The notes below the pieces were generated by a model. The model was not told the DNA's origin. It made no database searches and saw only the letters and a list, made by a program, of their open reading frames with translations. 64,000 nt of DNA, from contig DATJVM010000092.1 in the NCBI GenBank assembly GCA_035501775.1, positions 2,480-66,479 of the forward strand, given 5' to 3'. Source of the stretch: Gemmatimonadales bacterium. Lineage in GTDB: Bacteria; Gemmatimonadota; Gemmatimonadetes; Gemmatimonadales; GWC2-71-9. The first letter of the stretch is position 1, and every line of letters begins with the position of its first letter. The translations under genes were made by a program, and so were the position numbers. Of the stretch, positions 11,283 through 19,790 are shown piece after piece.

Positions 11283-11833
11283 CAGCCGGCATCGTCCGGA
11301 GTATTCTCCACCACCTTATCCGCGGCCGACCCGGCATCTCCATGGAATTCCGCGACCAGCTCTCCGAGGCCGCCCAGACTGGTGACACCGCCACGCTGCG
11401 CGCGCTGCTCCAGTCCAACCGCGACTTCGCGAGCATGCCCGACGAGGCCGGCTGCACGCCGCTCCACTATACCGCGTATTTCGGGCACCTCGACGCGGCC
11501 CGGTACCTGCTCGAGATCGGGGCCGATGTCGACGCGGTCTCGCTGGACCCGCTCCGGAATCAGCCCATCCATGCCGCCGCCACCAGCGGCTACGCCGAGG
11601 TCGTGCGGCTGCTCCTGGCGCATGGCGCCGATCCCCGGGCCACCCAGTCAGGGCAGTGGACCGCGCTCCATGGAGCCGCCGAGAAGGGCCATGCGGAGGT
11701 GGTTGCCGTCCTTCTCGAGCACGGTGCGGAGCCGCAGGCGGCGAGCGTTTCCGGCGCGACGCCCCTTTCCCTGGCCACCGAAAAGGGCCACGCCCGTGTG
11801 GCCGAGCTTCTCGCCTCGGCCGGGGCGCGATGA
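11279..11833 (+). CDS. Ankyrin-repeat protein (about 4 repeats)
   Basis: Repeats of the type G.TPLH.AA..GH.EVV.LLL..GA. For example, GCTPLHYTAYFGHLDAARYLLEIGADV and WTALHGAAEKGHAEVVAVLLEHGAEP. GTGA overlap with miaA. An alternative ATG lies at 11342. Confidence 0.8.
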   Translation: MTAGIVRSILHHLIRGRPGISMEFRDQLSEAAQTGDTATLRALLQSNRDFASMPDEAGCTPLHYTAYFGHLDAARYLLEIGADVDAVSLDPLRNQPIHAAATSGYAEVVRLLLAHGADPRATQSGQWTALHGAAEKGHAEVVAVLLEHGAEPQAASVSGATPLSLATEKGHARVAELLASAGAR

Positions 11834-12969
11834 GCCGGGACGGTCTCAGGATCGGAATCACCTGCTACCCGACATATGGCGGCTCCGGGGCCGTCGCCAC
11901 GGAGCTGGGGCTCGCGCTGGCCAGTCGAGGACACGAAGTCCATTTCATCTCCTACGCGTCACCGTTCCGGCTCCGTGGTTTCACCGAACGGGTGTTCTTC
12001 CACGAGGTCGATACCACGATCGCGCATTATCCGCTCTTCGATCATTTCCCGTACACTCTGGCACTGGCCTCCAAGCAGTATGAGGTCGCGCGACGGGAAG
12101 AGCTCGATATCCTGCATGTTCACTATGCCATCCCCCACGCCACGACCGCCTGGCTCGCCCGGGAAATGATCCAGGACCAGCGCCGCCTCCAGGTCATCAC
12201 CACGCTGCACGGCACGGACATCACCCTGGTGGGGCAGGAGGCGAGCTTCTACGAAATCACGAAGTTTTCCATCGAGCGCTCGGACACCGTCACCGCCGTC
12301 TCGAGCTTCCTCCGGGACGAGACCTATCGCACCTTCGGCTGTGTGGACTGCGATGTCCGCGTCATCCCGAATTTCGTCAATCTCCAGGAATATCGGCCCG
12401 ACCCCGGCGTGTGCCGGGATCCGCTGGCCCCCGCCGGCCACCGGGTCATCACGCACGTGTCGAACTTCCGCGAGGTGAAGCGGGTCAAGGATGTGGTGCG
12501 GATCTTCGCGCGGATCCGCCGCGCGATGCCGGCGATGCTGCTGATGGTGGGCGACGGCCCTGATCGGCGGGAGGCCGAGCAGGAGGCGGAGCAGCTGGGG
12601 GTGGCGGACGCGGTACAGTTCCTGGGCCGTCTGGATCGGGTTGCCACTATTCTCCAGGCGACCGACCTGTTCTTGCTCCCGTCGCAGACGGAGTCCTTCG
12701 GCCTGGCCGCGCTCGAGGCCATGGCCTGCGGCGCCCCCGCGGTCGCCAGCCGAGCCGGTGGGCTCCCGGAAGTGATCGACGATGGCGTCTCCGGTATACT
12801 CGAGCCGCCCGGCTCGGTCGAAGCCATGGCGCGCCGGGCGATCGAGGTCCTGCAGGATCCACCACGCTATCAGGCCATGCGCGAGGCCGCGCTCGCGAAG
12901 GCCCAGACCTTCTCCGCCGAACGGATCGTGCCCATGTACGAGGCGATCTACTCCGAGGCCGTGCAATGA
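11830..12969 (+). CDS. bshA: GT4 glycosyltransferase, BshA-type (N-acetyl-alpha-D-glucosaminyl L-malate synthase)
   Basis: N-terminus IGITCYPTYGGSGAVATELGLALASRGHEVHFISY closely resembles BshA. C-terminal ESFGLAALEAMACGAPAV motif. ATGA overlap with the ankyrin gene. The track start at 11656 is an upstream extension. Confidence 0.8.
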   Translation: MSRDGLRIGITCYPTYGGSGAVATELGLALASRGHEVHFISYASPFRLRGFTERVFFHEVDTTIAHYPLFDHFPYTLALASKQYEVARREELDILHVHYAIPHATTAWLAREMIQDQRRLQVITTLHGTDITLVGQEASFYEITKFSIERSDTVTAVSSFLRDETYRTFGCVDCDVRVIPNFVNLQEYRPDPGVCRDPLAPAGHRVITHVSNFREVKRVKDVVRIFARIRRAMPAMLLMVGDGPDRREAEQEAEQLGVADAVQFLGRLDRVATILQATDLFLLPSQTESFGLAALEAMACGAPAVASRAGGLPEVIDDGVSGILEPPGSVEAMARRAIEVLQDPPRYQAMREAALAKAQTFSAERIVPMYEAIYSEAVQ

Positions 12970-13784
12970 CCCCGGCCGAATTCTACGCAGCCGTCGTGCT
13001 TGGCATCGTGGAGGGGATGACCGAGTTCATCCCCGTCTCTTCGACGGGACACCTCATCGTGGCAGGCGACTGGCTGGGCTTCGTTGGCGAGCGGGCCAAG
13101 ACGTTCGAGATCTTCATCCAGTTCGGCGCCATCCTCGCTATCGTCTGGCTGTATTGGCATCGGTTCGTCGACGTGCTGACCCGACTTTCGACCGAGCCCG
13201 CCTCCCGCCGGTTCGTCACCAACCTGATCGTCGCCTTCATTCCCGCCGCGGTGCTCGGGCTCTTCACGCATCGCTGGATTCTGGACCACCTCTTCACTCC
13301 CGCCACGGTGGCCCTCGGGTTCATCGTCGGAGGCTTGGCGATCCTCATCATCGAGCGGTGGCGGCCCGCGCAGACGATCGCCAGCGCCGATGACATCCCG
13401 GTGCGGATTGCCTTCGGCGTGGGGCTCGCCCAGATGCTGGCCCTGTGGCCCGGGGTCTCGCGCTCGGGCGCGACCATCATGGGAGGGTACGCGCTCGGTC
13501 TCTCCCGCACCGCCGCCACCGAGTTCTCGTTCTACCTCGCTGTCCCGGTCATCACGGCCGCCGCGGGATTCGACCTGGTCAAGAGCCTCTCGGCCCTCTC
13601 CCGGGCGGATATTCCTCTCTTCGTGGTCGGGTCGGTGGTGTCGTTCGTGGCCGCGTTCGTGGTGGTCAAAGCCTTCCTCCGGTACGTGGCCCACCACAGC
13701 TTTTCGGCGTTTGCCTGGTACCGAATCGCGTTTGGCGGCCTGCTGCTCTGGCTGTATGCGCGAAGCGGCTTCCCGCCCCTCTAA
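12966..13784 (+). CDS. uppP: Undecaprenyl-diphosphate phosphatase
   Basis: GIVEGMTEFIPVSSTGHL and PGVSRSGATI motifs. Polytopic membrane protein. ATGA overlap with bshA. Confidence 0.93.
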   Translation: MTPAEFYAAVVLGIVEGMTEFIPVSSTGHLIVAGDWLGFVGERAKTFEIFIQFGAILAIVWLYWHRFVDVLTRLSTEPASRRFVTNLIVAFIPAAVLGLFTHRWILDHLFTPATVALGFIVGGLAILIIERWRPAQTIASADDIPVRIAFGVGLAQMLALWPGVSRSGATIMGGYALGLSRTAATEFSFYLAVPVITAAAGFDLVKSLSALSRADIPLFVVGSVVSFVAAFVVVKAFLRYVAHHSFSAFAWYRIAFGGLLLWLYARSGFPPL

Positions 13785-14497
13785 TGGCCCGCCTCCCGGT
13801 CATCCACCGGCTCACGACGACTCCCTCCACCCAGGATGCGCTTCACGAGCTGGCGGCGCTTGGGGCGGAGGCCGGAACGGCAGTGGCGGCCCAGGTGCAG
13901 ACCATGGGGCGGGGCAGTCGGGGCCGGGGCTGGGAGTCTCCGCTGGGCGGGCTCTGGCTCAGTGTCTTGCTCCGGCCGGCGGTGGCGCCGGCCCTCGAGG
14001 TGCTGAGCGTCCGGGTCGCGCTCGCGGCCGCCCGTGCCATCGAGGAGGCCTATCCCGCGGTGCACCTGGGCCTCAAGTGGCCCAACGACCTCATGCTCGC
14101 GGGGAAGAAGCTGGGCGGAATTCTGTGTGAGGCGCGCTGGCAGGCGGGCAAGGTGGCGTGGGTCGCGGCCGGCATCGGTGTGAACGTGGCCAACGCCATT
14201 CCTCCTGGTCTCGAAGGACAAGCCGTCGCGCTGAGCCGGGTAGCATCGGGAGCGGCGCCGGAGAGCCTGGTCGAGCCGGTGGCACGCGCCATCGCGCTTG
14301 CCGGCCGATTGGACGGACATCTTGATGATTCGGAGCTGGAGTGCTTCGCGGCCCGCGACTGGCTCTTCGGCAAGCGCCTGACGGAGCCCGAGCCCGGCGT
14401 GGCAGACGGCCTCGCGGCCGATGGAACGCTCCGGCTCCGGGGCGAGGACGGGCATCTTCGGCGCCTCCGCAGTGGCACACCCCGCCTGGCGGGCTAA
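13784..14497 (+). CDS. birA: Biotin--[acetyl-CoA-carboxylase] ligase (no N-terminal HTH)
   Basis: GRGSRGRGWESPLGGLWLSV biotin-ligase loop. LKWPNDL motif. ATG at 13784 shares one base with the uppP TAA. Confidence 0.85.
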   Translation: MARLPVIHRLTTTPSTQDALHELAALGAEAGTAVAAQVQTMGRGSRGRGWESPLGGLWLSVLLRPAVAPALEVLSVRVALAAARAIEEAYPAVHLGLKWPNDLMLAGKKLGGILCEARWQAGKVAWVAAGIGVNVANAIPPGLEGQAVALSRVASGAAPESLVEPVARAIALAGRLDGHLDDSELECFAARDWLFGKRLTEPEPGVADGLAADGTLRLRGEDGHLRRLRSGTPRLAG

Positions 14498-14507
14498 CTT
14501 CTCTCCT

Positions 14508-15287
14508 ATGCTGCTTGCCCTCGATGTCGGCAACACCGAAACCACCATCGGTCTGGTGCGGGGAGAGGTCATCGCCGCCCACTGGCGGCTCACAACAACC
14601 GTCGACCGGACCCCCGACGAGTGGGGTGTCGCCCTGGGGGCGCTCCTGCTGCATGCGGGACATTCTCCAAACGAGATCCGGGCGGGGGTAATGGCCTCGG
14701 TGGCGCCGGGAGTCACGCAGAGCCTGCTACAGGGCGTACGGGCGCTCACCGGCGCGTCCCCGCTCATAGTCGACGCGGCGTCGCCGCTCCCGGTGCGCCT
14801 GGATGTGGAGGAGCCGTTGACGGTGGGCGCGGATCGCATCGTCAATACGCTGGCTGCGGTGGAACGCTACCACGCCGATACGATCGTGGTCGACTTCGGC
14901 ACCGCCACCACCTTCGACTGCATCACGGGCGACGGCCGCTTCATCGGCGGCGTGATCATGCCGGGGCTCCGGACTTCCGCGGAACAGCTCACCCGCCGCG
15001 CCGCCAAGCTTCCCGCAACCGAGCTCGAGCCCCCGGAGCGCGTCATCGGCCGGCGCACCGAGGAATGCATCCGGGCCGGCGTGCTGCTCGGTACCGCGGA
15101 CGCGGTCGACGGCATCCTGCGACGCATCCAGCGGGAATGGCCCACCGCCGAGCGCCCTGGAATCGTCGCGACCGGCGGGCTCGCATCGACCATCGTCCCC
15201 CTCACCGAGCTGATCGAGCAGGTCGATGCCGACCTGACCCTGCACGGCCTCCGCCTGGCCGCCCGGCACCTCGGGGCGCGCTGGTGA
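14508..15287 (+). CDS. coaX: Type III pantothenate kinase
   Basis: LLALDVGNTETTIG N-terminus. VDFGTATTFD. C-terminal ATGGLA. ATG at 14508, 10 nt after the birA stop. Confidence 0.9.
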   Translation: MLLALDVGNTETTIGLVRGEVIAAHWRLTTTVDRTPDEWGVALGALLLHAGHSPNEIRAGVMASVAPGVTQSLLQGVRALTGASPLIVDAASPLPVRLDVEEPLTVGADRIVNTLAAVERYHADTIVVDFGTATTFDCITGDGRFIGGVIMPGLRTSAEQLTRRAAKLPATELEPPERVIGRRTEECIRAGVLLGTADAVDGILRRIQREWPTAERPGIVATGGLASTIVPLTELIEQVDADLTLHGLRLAARHLGARW

Positions 15288-16210
15288 CCGCGGGTCGCCG
15301 CATCGGATACCGGATCTTCGGACCAGCCTTCGATTACATCCTGCACCTGAGACCCGCGGAGTGGCCCATCATGGCCGCTCACACGACCGTGGGTTACCTG
15401 CTGGCGGTGGGGGTAGGCGGTGCGCTCAGGGGAGAGCGGCGGGCCCAGGCAGCACTGGCGCTGGTGCTCTGGGTCGTGTGCCTCAACGGGGGCACCCTCG
15501 CCATCAACTCCGCCTTCGATCGCGACGAGGGGGACATCGGCTATTTGAGGTCGCCGCCGCCAGCGCCGCGACACCTCGCACTCGTCGCCCTGGCTCTGAT
15601 GACCACCGGTCAGCTGCTCGCCCTGGAGCTGCCGCCGCGCTTCGGCTGGACCTACGCGGTCTGTTTCGCGATGTCCCTGGCCTACTCTGTTCCCCCGCTT
15701 CGCCTCAAGGCCGTGGCCGGGGTCGACTGGGTCATCAACATGCTGGGTTTCGGGACCCTCACACCGTACGCGGGCTTCGTGGCGACGGGCGCGCCACTCC
15801 GCCCCCCCCAGGCCATCGTGCTCGCCGCGTTCTGCCCGCTGTTCGCGAGCTTGTACCCGCTCACCCAGCTCTATCAATTCGATGAAGACCGGCGCCGCGG
15901 CGATCGCACCCTGGCGCTCATCCTCGGGATGCGGCGGAGCCTGATGGTCGCGAGCGGGGCCGCGATCCTGGCTTTTCTCCTGCTGGGCATTGCCGGCTTC
16001 CTCGCGGGCTGGGGAGCGCGCGGATTCGACGTCATCCGCTGGCTCGGGGTGCTGATCGCCGCTGGAGCATGGGGCGCGGTGCTGGTTCCGTGGGTCCGCC
16101 GCCATCGGGAGATGACTCCATCGGAGCATCAGGCCGGGATGTACGCCGCCTTGGTCGCTTGGGCGGTGACCGACCTGGTGGTGATCCTCGGGTGGGGCGT
16201 TTATAGTTAA
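15284..16210 (+). CDS. UbiA-family aromatic/isoprenoid prenyltransferase
   Basis: Polytopic membrane protein. First Asp-rich motif NSAFDRDEGDIGY, second YQFDEDRRRGDRT. GTGA overlap with coaX. Confidence 0.8.
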   Translation: MTAGRRIGYRIFGPAFDYILHLRPAEWPIMAAHTTVGYLLAVGVGGALRGERRAQAALALVLWVVCLNGGTLAINSAFDRDEGDIGYLRSPPPAPRHLALVALALMTTGQLLALELPPRFGWTYAVCFAMSLAYSVPPLRLKAVAGVDWVINMLGFGTLTPYAGFVATGAPLRPPQAIVLAAFCPLFASLYPLTQLYQFDEDRRRGDRTLALILGMRRSLMVASGAAILAFLLLGIAGFLAGWGARGFDVIRWLGVLIAAGAWGAVLVPWVRRHREMTPSEHQAGMYAALVAWAVTDLVVILGWGVYS

Positions 16211-16248
16211 GCCATTCATCTATCTCACCTTGGGGAGCCTCGCATCAC

Positions 16249-16878
16249 ATGAGTGCCGCGGTCACCACGCCCGACGCCGTCGACCAGACCGACCTGCCCC
16301 ACGTTCTCCGTGCCATCATCCGGCTTGGCATCTTCGAGTCCCTCGCGGTTCTGGTAATCGGGCTCGTGGCCCGGTTTGTCTCGGGCGCAGCCGCCCAGCT
16401 GCTCCTGCTGCTCCTCGTCAGCGTCGCGGTTCTGGCAGTCAGCTTCCTGCCGGGGCTGTGGACCCGCGCCCGGACCATCGAAGGCATCGCCGGCGCGGCA
16501 GGGATCGGCCTCGGCGCGACGGTGGTCTTCCTGATCGTCGATGTGGCCCTGTTCCAGCCCTTTGGCCTCTACACTCATCGGTGGCGGGATATCGGTGGTG
16601 GCAGCAACTGGTGGTACCACCCGGTGTGGTGGATGGTCGGCACCTTTCTGCCCTGGTTCGGAGCCTGGATCCTCGCCAATCAGGCGGATCGTCATGGCCG
16701 GCCGAATCCGGCGACCGCCGTGGGGTCGGTCCTGGTCGGAGCCGCCGTCGCCACCATCGTCGGTGTGCTGATTCACGTGCCGGGCGCCGGCTGGAATGTG
16801 GGGACCTATGGCGTCGCCTTCCTCCCGGGGCTCGTGCTCGCGACCATCGCGTCGGGTCTCGGAGCACATCGGAAGTAG
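16249..16878 (+). CDS. Hypothetical polytopic membrane protein
   Basis: Coding-style GC3. About 6 hydrophobic segments. Trp-rich loop GGGSNWWYHPVWWMVG. First gene of a tightly coupled four-gene string. Confidence 0.65.
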   Translation: MSAAVTTPDAVDQTDLPHVLRAIIRLGIFESLAVLVIGLVARFVSGAAAQLLLLLLVSVAVLAVSFLPGLWTRARTIEGIAGAAGIGLGATVVFLIVDVALFQPFGLYTHRWRDIGGGSNWWYHPVWWMVGTFLPWFGAWILANQADRHGRPNPATAVGSVLVGAAVATIVGVLIHVPGAGWNVGTYGVAFLPGLVLATIASGLGAHRK

Positions 16879-16884
16879 GAGTGG

Positions 16885-17196
16885 ATGCGCGGGCTCGGCA
16901 TCCTGATTCGGGTCGTCGGCTGGCTGCTCACGCCGCTGGTGGCGTGGGCAGCTTCGTTTTGCGGCGCCTGGCTCGTGCTGACCGCGCAGGCCCGCTTCGC
17001 GAACCCCCGTCACGCTGTCTACGCCGCATTCGCCGGGGCGCTGCTCGCGGGCGTCGCCGCCATGCTGGCCTGGATGCAGCTCCTCCGGCGCTCGCCACGG
17101 CTCCGGCATTCGCTGCATGTCGACCGCGAAGGCCTGCCCGTGCTCGATGAGGCGGATGAGGCGGTCGAGGTGGCCTCGGGGGAGAGCCGGGAATGA
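16885..17196 (+). CDS. Hypothetical small membrane protein (2 TM, acidic tail)
   Basis: Two hydrophobic segments followed by the acidic tail DEADEAVEVASGESRE. Starts 7 nt after the previous stop. Confidence 0.6.
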   Translation: MRGLGILIRVVGWLLTPLVAWAASFCGAWLVLTAQARFANPRHAVYAAFAGALLAGVAAMLAWMQLLRRSPRLRHSLHVDREGLPVLDEADEAVEVASGESRE

Positions 17197-17600
17197 TCTC
17201 TCCGCGAAAGCTCGCGCTGGTTACCGCGATTGGGGCGCTGGCCTGCTCGGGTGAGCGTCCCGGCGCCTCTCCACCGGAGGCCGCCGCGGGGCAGGCCGCG
17301 CCTCACGACTCGGCAGGACCGAAGGACAGCCTGGCGCTCCGCACCGCGTCCGGCATCGAGGTCTGGTTCACTGCCGCGCGCCGCGACAGCGACACCGCCG
17401 GCCGCGCTTGTCTCGAGCGGGTGATGGAGATCCGGGCTCAGGGACGCCGCACTCCCGTTCCGCTGCTCTACACCGGGGTGACCCCGCGACTGGTGAATGA
17501 CTCGACGATCGAGGCTGCCGTCTGGCGAGGCTGCCGTGCCGGGGATTGGTACAGGGTCAGTCTCGTCACCGGGCGGCCGGTCAAGGTGGCCCCGAGGTGA
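17193..17600 (+). CDS. Hypothetical lipoprotein
   Basis: Lipobox-like LVTAIGALACSG. ATGA overlap with the previous gene. Confidence 0.6.
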   Translation: MISPRKLALVTAIGALACSGERPGASPPEAAAGQAAPHDSAGPKDSLALRTASGIEVWFTAARRDSDTAGRACLERVMEIRAQGRRTPVPLLYTGVTPRLVNDSTIEAAVWRGCRAGDWYRVSLVTGRPVKVAPR

Positions 17601-18562
17601 ATCGCTCGCTGTTGCTGCTCCCGCTCGTCGCGGCGACGCCTCTCCACGCGCAGGGACTGGGGTTTCAGGTCGGGCATCTGTTCACCTCACCATCGGCCAC
17701 CAGCTATCGTCTCGGCTATTCCAGCGAACTGATGGGTGTCGTCGGCACCGAGTTTCATGCCCTCGCCAGTGACGGGGACCGTCCCCTCGGCAACCTGTGG
17801 GGCGCGGGGATGGATCTTTCCCTGTTTCGTGGCGGCCAACCGGGCTTCTATCTCCTGGGTGGGGTCGAAGGCGGGTTTGCGACCCAGGCCAGCCACACCT
17901 TCTGGGGATCGTGGTCGGCCGGACTGGGGTACGAGGTGTTTCCGCTGCACGGGGTTTCGTTCGCGGTTGAAGGACGGTACCGGGCGCTCGGTCCCGGCGC
18001 CCATCACGGAGTCGAGATGGGCATCCGGCTCGGCCTCGATCGCGGGAGCCGCGACGGGGGCGGGGGCGGCGGCGGATCGTCATCGCGGGATCCCGCCGCA
18101 GTGGACCGTTCCGCCCCTGACACGGCGACGATCCGCGGCGACCTGGGCCGGCGTGGGCTCCCCGAGGACCGCGCGAGCCTCATCAGCGGCGTCATCCAGA
18201 CCGCGCTCGATGTAATGGGGATGCCCTACCGCTGGGGTGATCAGGGCGAAGAGGGCTTCGACTGCTCCGGACTCATTCGCTACGCCTTCGCCAAGCACGG
18301 CATCACCCTGCCGCGGCGGAGCATCGATCAGGCACGCGAAGGCCTGGAAGTGGGCCGCGACGTGGACGCCCTGCGGCCCGGAGATGTGCTGACCTTTGCG
18401 ACGACCGGGTCGCAGGTTTCGCACGTGGGCCTGTATATCGGTGACGGCAAGTTCATTCACTCCGCGAGTGAGGGAGTGCAGATCAGCGTCCTGAGCCCCG
18501 AGGACGTCAGCGGACGCTGGTGGTTCAAGCGGTGGGTGGGAGCGCGGCGCATCGTGAGCTGA
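17597..18562 (+). CDS. NlpC/P60 cell-wall endopeptidase with N-terminal outer-membrane beta-barrel-like domain
   Basis: Signal peptide LLLLPLVAATPLHAQG. About 150 aa of alternating-hydrophobic beta-strand pattern. Poly-Gly linker DGGGGGGGSSS. NlpC/P60 core FDCSGLIRYAF...SHVGLYIGDGKFIHS. GTGA overlap at 17597. Confidence 0.8.
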   Translation: MNRSLLLLPLVAATPLHAQGLGFQVGHLFTSPSATSYRLGYSSELMGVVGTEFHALASDGDRPLGNLWGAGMDLSLFRGGQPGFYLLGGVEGGFATQASHTFWGSWSAGLGYEVFPLHGVSFAVEGRYRALGPGAHHGVEMGIRLGLDRGSRDGGGGGGGSSSRDPAAVDRSAPDTATIRGDLGRRGLPEDRASLISGVIQTALDVMGMPYRWGDQGEEGFDCSGLIRYAFAKHGITLPRRSIDQAREGLEVGRDVDALRPGDVLTFATTGSQVSHVGLYIGDGKFIHSASEGVQISVLSPEDVSGRWWFKRWVGARRIVS

Positions 18563-18626
18563 GTCCGCGCAGAGCCCGTCGCCCACGGGAGGGACCCTCG
18601 GCGGCAGGTGACTCGCCCGAAGCGAC

Positions 18627-18658
18627 AAGGCCCCCCAGCGGGAACCGCTGGGGGGCCT
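18627..18658. terminator. Bidirectional GC-rich hairpin between convergent genes
   Basis: AAGGCCCCCCAGCG-GAAC-CGCTGGGGGGCCTT forms a 14-bp perfect stem with a 4-nt loop. It lies between the NlpC/P60 stop (18562) and the minus-strand stop (18675). Confidence 0.75.
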
Positions 18659-18674
18659 TGTGGTCGAGAACCGC

Positions 18675-19790
18675 CTAGCGGTCGTGCTGCATCTGGCTGT
18701 GACCCATGTCCATATGGTCATGGTCCATGTGCATGTGGCTCATGTCCCCGCTGTCATCCATGCCCTGCGCCTCGAGGGAGGCCAGGTCTCGCTGATAGAG
18801 TGGGTCCGTATCGTCGATCTTGGGCCACTGTGAAAGGTCGTCGGGAGCGAAGATTCCCGTGATGTGGGCCATCGCGCCGTTGTGCAGTGTATCGCTGGTC
18901 AGGTTGTCGTAGACTCCGACGACGCGATAGCGCCGGCCAGCCGCGAGTTTGACGCCGGCGCCGCGGACCCCGGGCAGACTCCGACTCACGCCGCTCACCT
19001 TTCCGTCCTTGTCGTGGTCCGAGGTGACCTTGGCCACCACCTTGCCCGACTCCACATCGATCAGGCTCACCGACACCCCGTAGTCGTGCAGGTGCCCGCC
19101 ATAGCCGAGCAGATGCCCATCGATGGGGAAGGTGAACTCGTAGGACTTCTCCGACCAGCCTGGCGGCACGTCGAAGGCGTTGCTTCCGCCTACAGTCAGG
19201 TTGCAGTCCATGTAGAGGGGAAGCACCTCGACGGGACGCGGATTCTGGTTCTTCGGAGAGTACAGCAGATCCGCGGTCATGTAGACGCTGTCCAGGTCCG
19301 CCCCGGTGTCGTTGTGCCACATGATGTAGAACCCGAGGTCCATCCCCGGCTTCATGGGCACGCCGATCGTCGCGGGAATCGTCACGTCGGCCGTTTCCGC
19401 TCCCGATCCGAACAGCCGTTCGACGGCCGGGTAGATCAGCTGCCGGCGGCTGAAGTTGAGCCCGATCATGTGGTGCATCAGGTGCTTGGGAAGGAGCTTT
19501 CCATGGGCGTCCTCCACCTGGCTCCGAAAGCCGCGCATCCATCCCTCTACCGGCCAGGTGAAGTGGTACACCTGCGTCATCCCCCCGGCCATCATGTCCA
19601 TCATGTGATGGTCCATCTTGGGCATGTTCGGGAGATAGAAGGGACCGGCCTTGATGTGAACCACATGGTGGGACGAGTCTACGGTGACGGTGACCGTCAC
19701 GTCGTCTTCATGCGCGGGGCGGATGAGGTGGGCGGGGCGGGGCGGGGTGGGCACGACCAGCCCGGCCAGCAGAACGAATGGCAGCGGCAT
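18675..19790 (-). CDS. Secreted Met/His-rich protein, candidate PHM/DBH-like copper monooxygenase
   Basis: Hydrophobic N-terminus. By-eye conservation of PHM copper ligands in order: HHM (LMHHMIGL), H (FYIMWHND), HxH (GGHLHDYG), M (GAMAHITG). Met/His tracts DHHMMDMMAGGM and the C-terminal DMSHMHMDHDHMDMGHSQMQHD. Confidence 0.75.
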   Translation of the reverse strand: MPLPFVLLAGLVVPTPPRPAHLIRPAHEDDVTVTVTVDSSHHVVHIKAGPFYLPNMPKMDHHMMDMMAGGMTQVYHFTWPVEGWMRGFRSQVEDAHGKLLPKHLMHHMIGLNFSRRQLIYPAVERLFGSGAETADVTIPATIGVPMKPGMDLGFYIMWHNDTGADLDSVYMTADLLYSPKNQNPRPVEVLPLYMDCNLTVGGSNAFDVPPGWSEKSYEFTFPIDGHLLGYGGHLHDYGVSVSLIDVESGKVVAKVTSDHDKDGKVSGVSRSLPGVRGAGVKLAAGRRYRVVGVYDNLTSDTLHNGAMAHITGIFAPDDLSQWPKIDDTDPLYQRDLASLEAQGMDDSGDMSHMHMDHDHMDMGHSQMQHDR

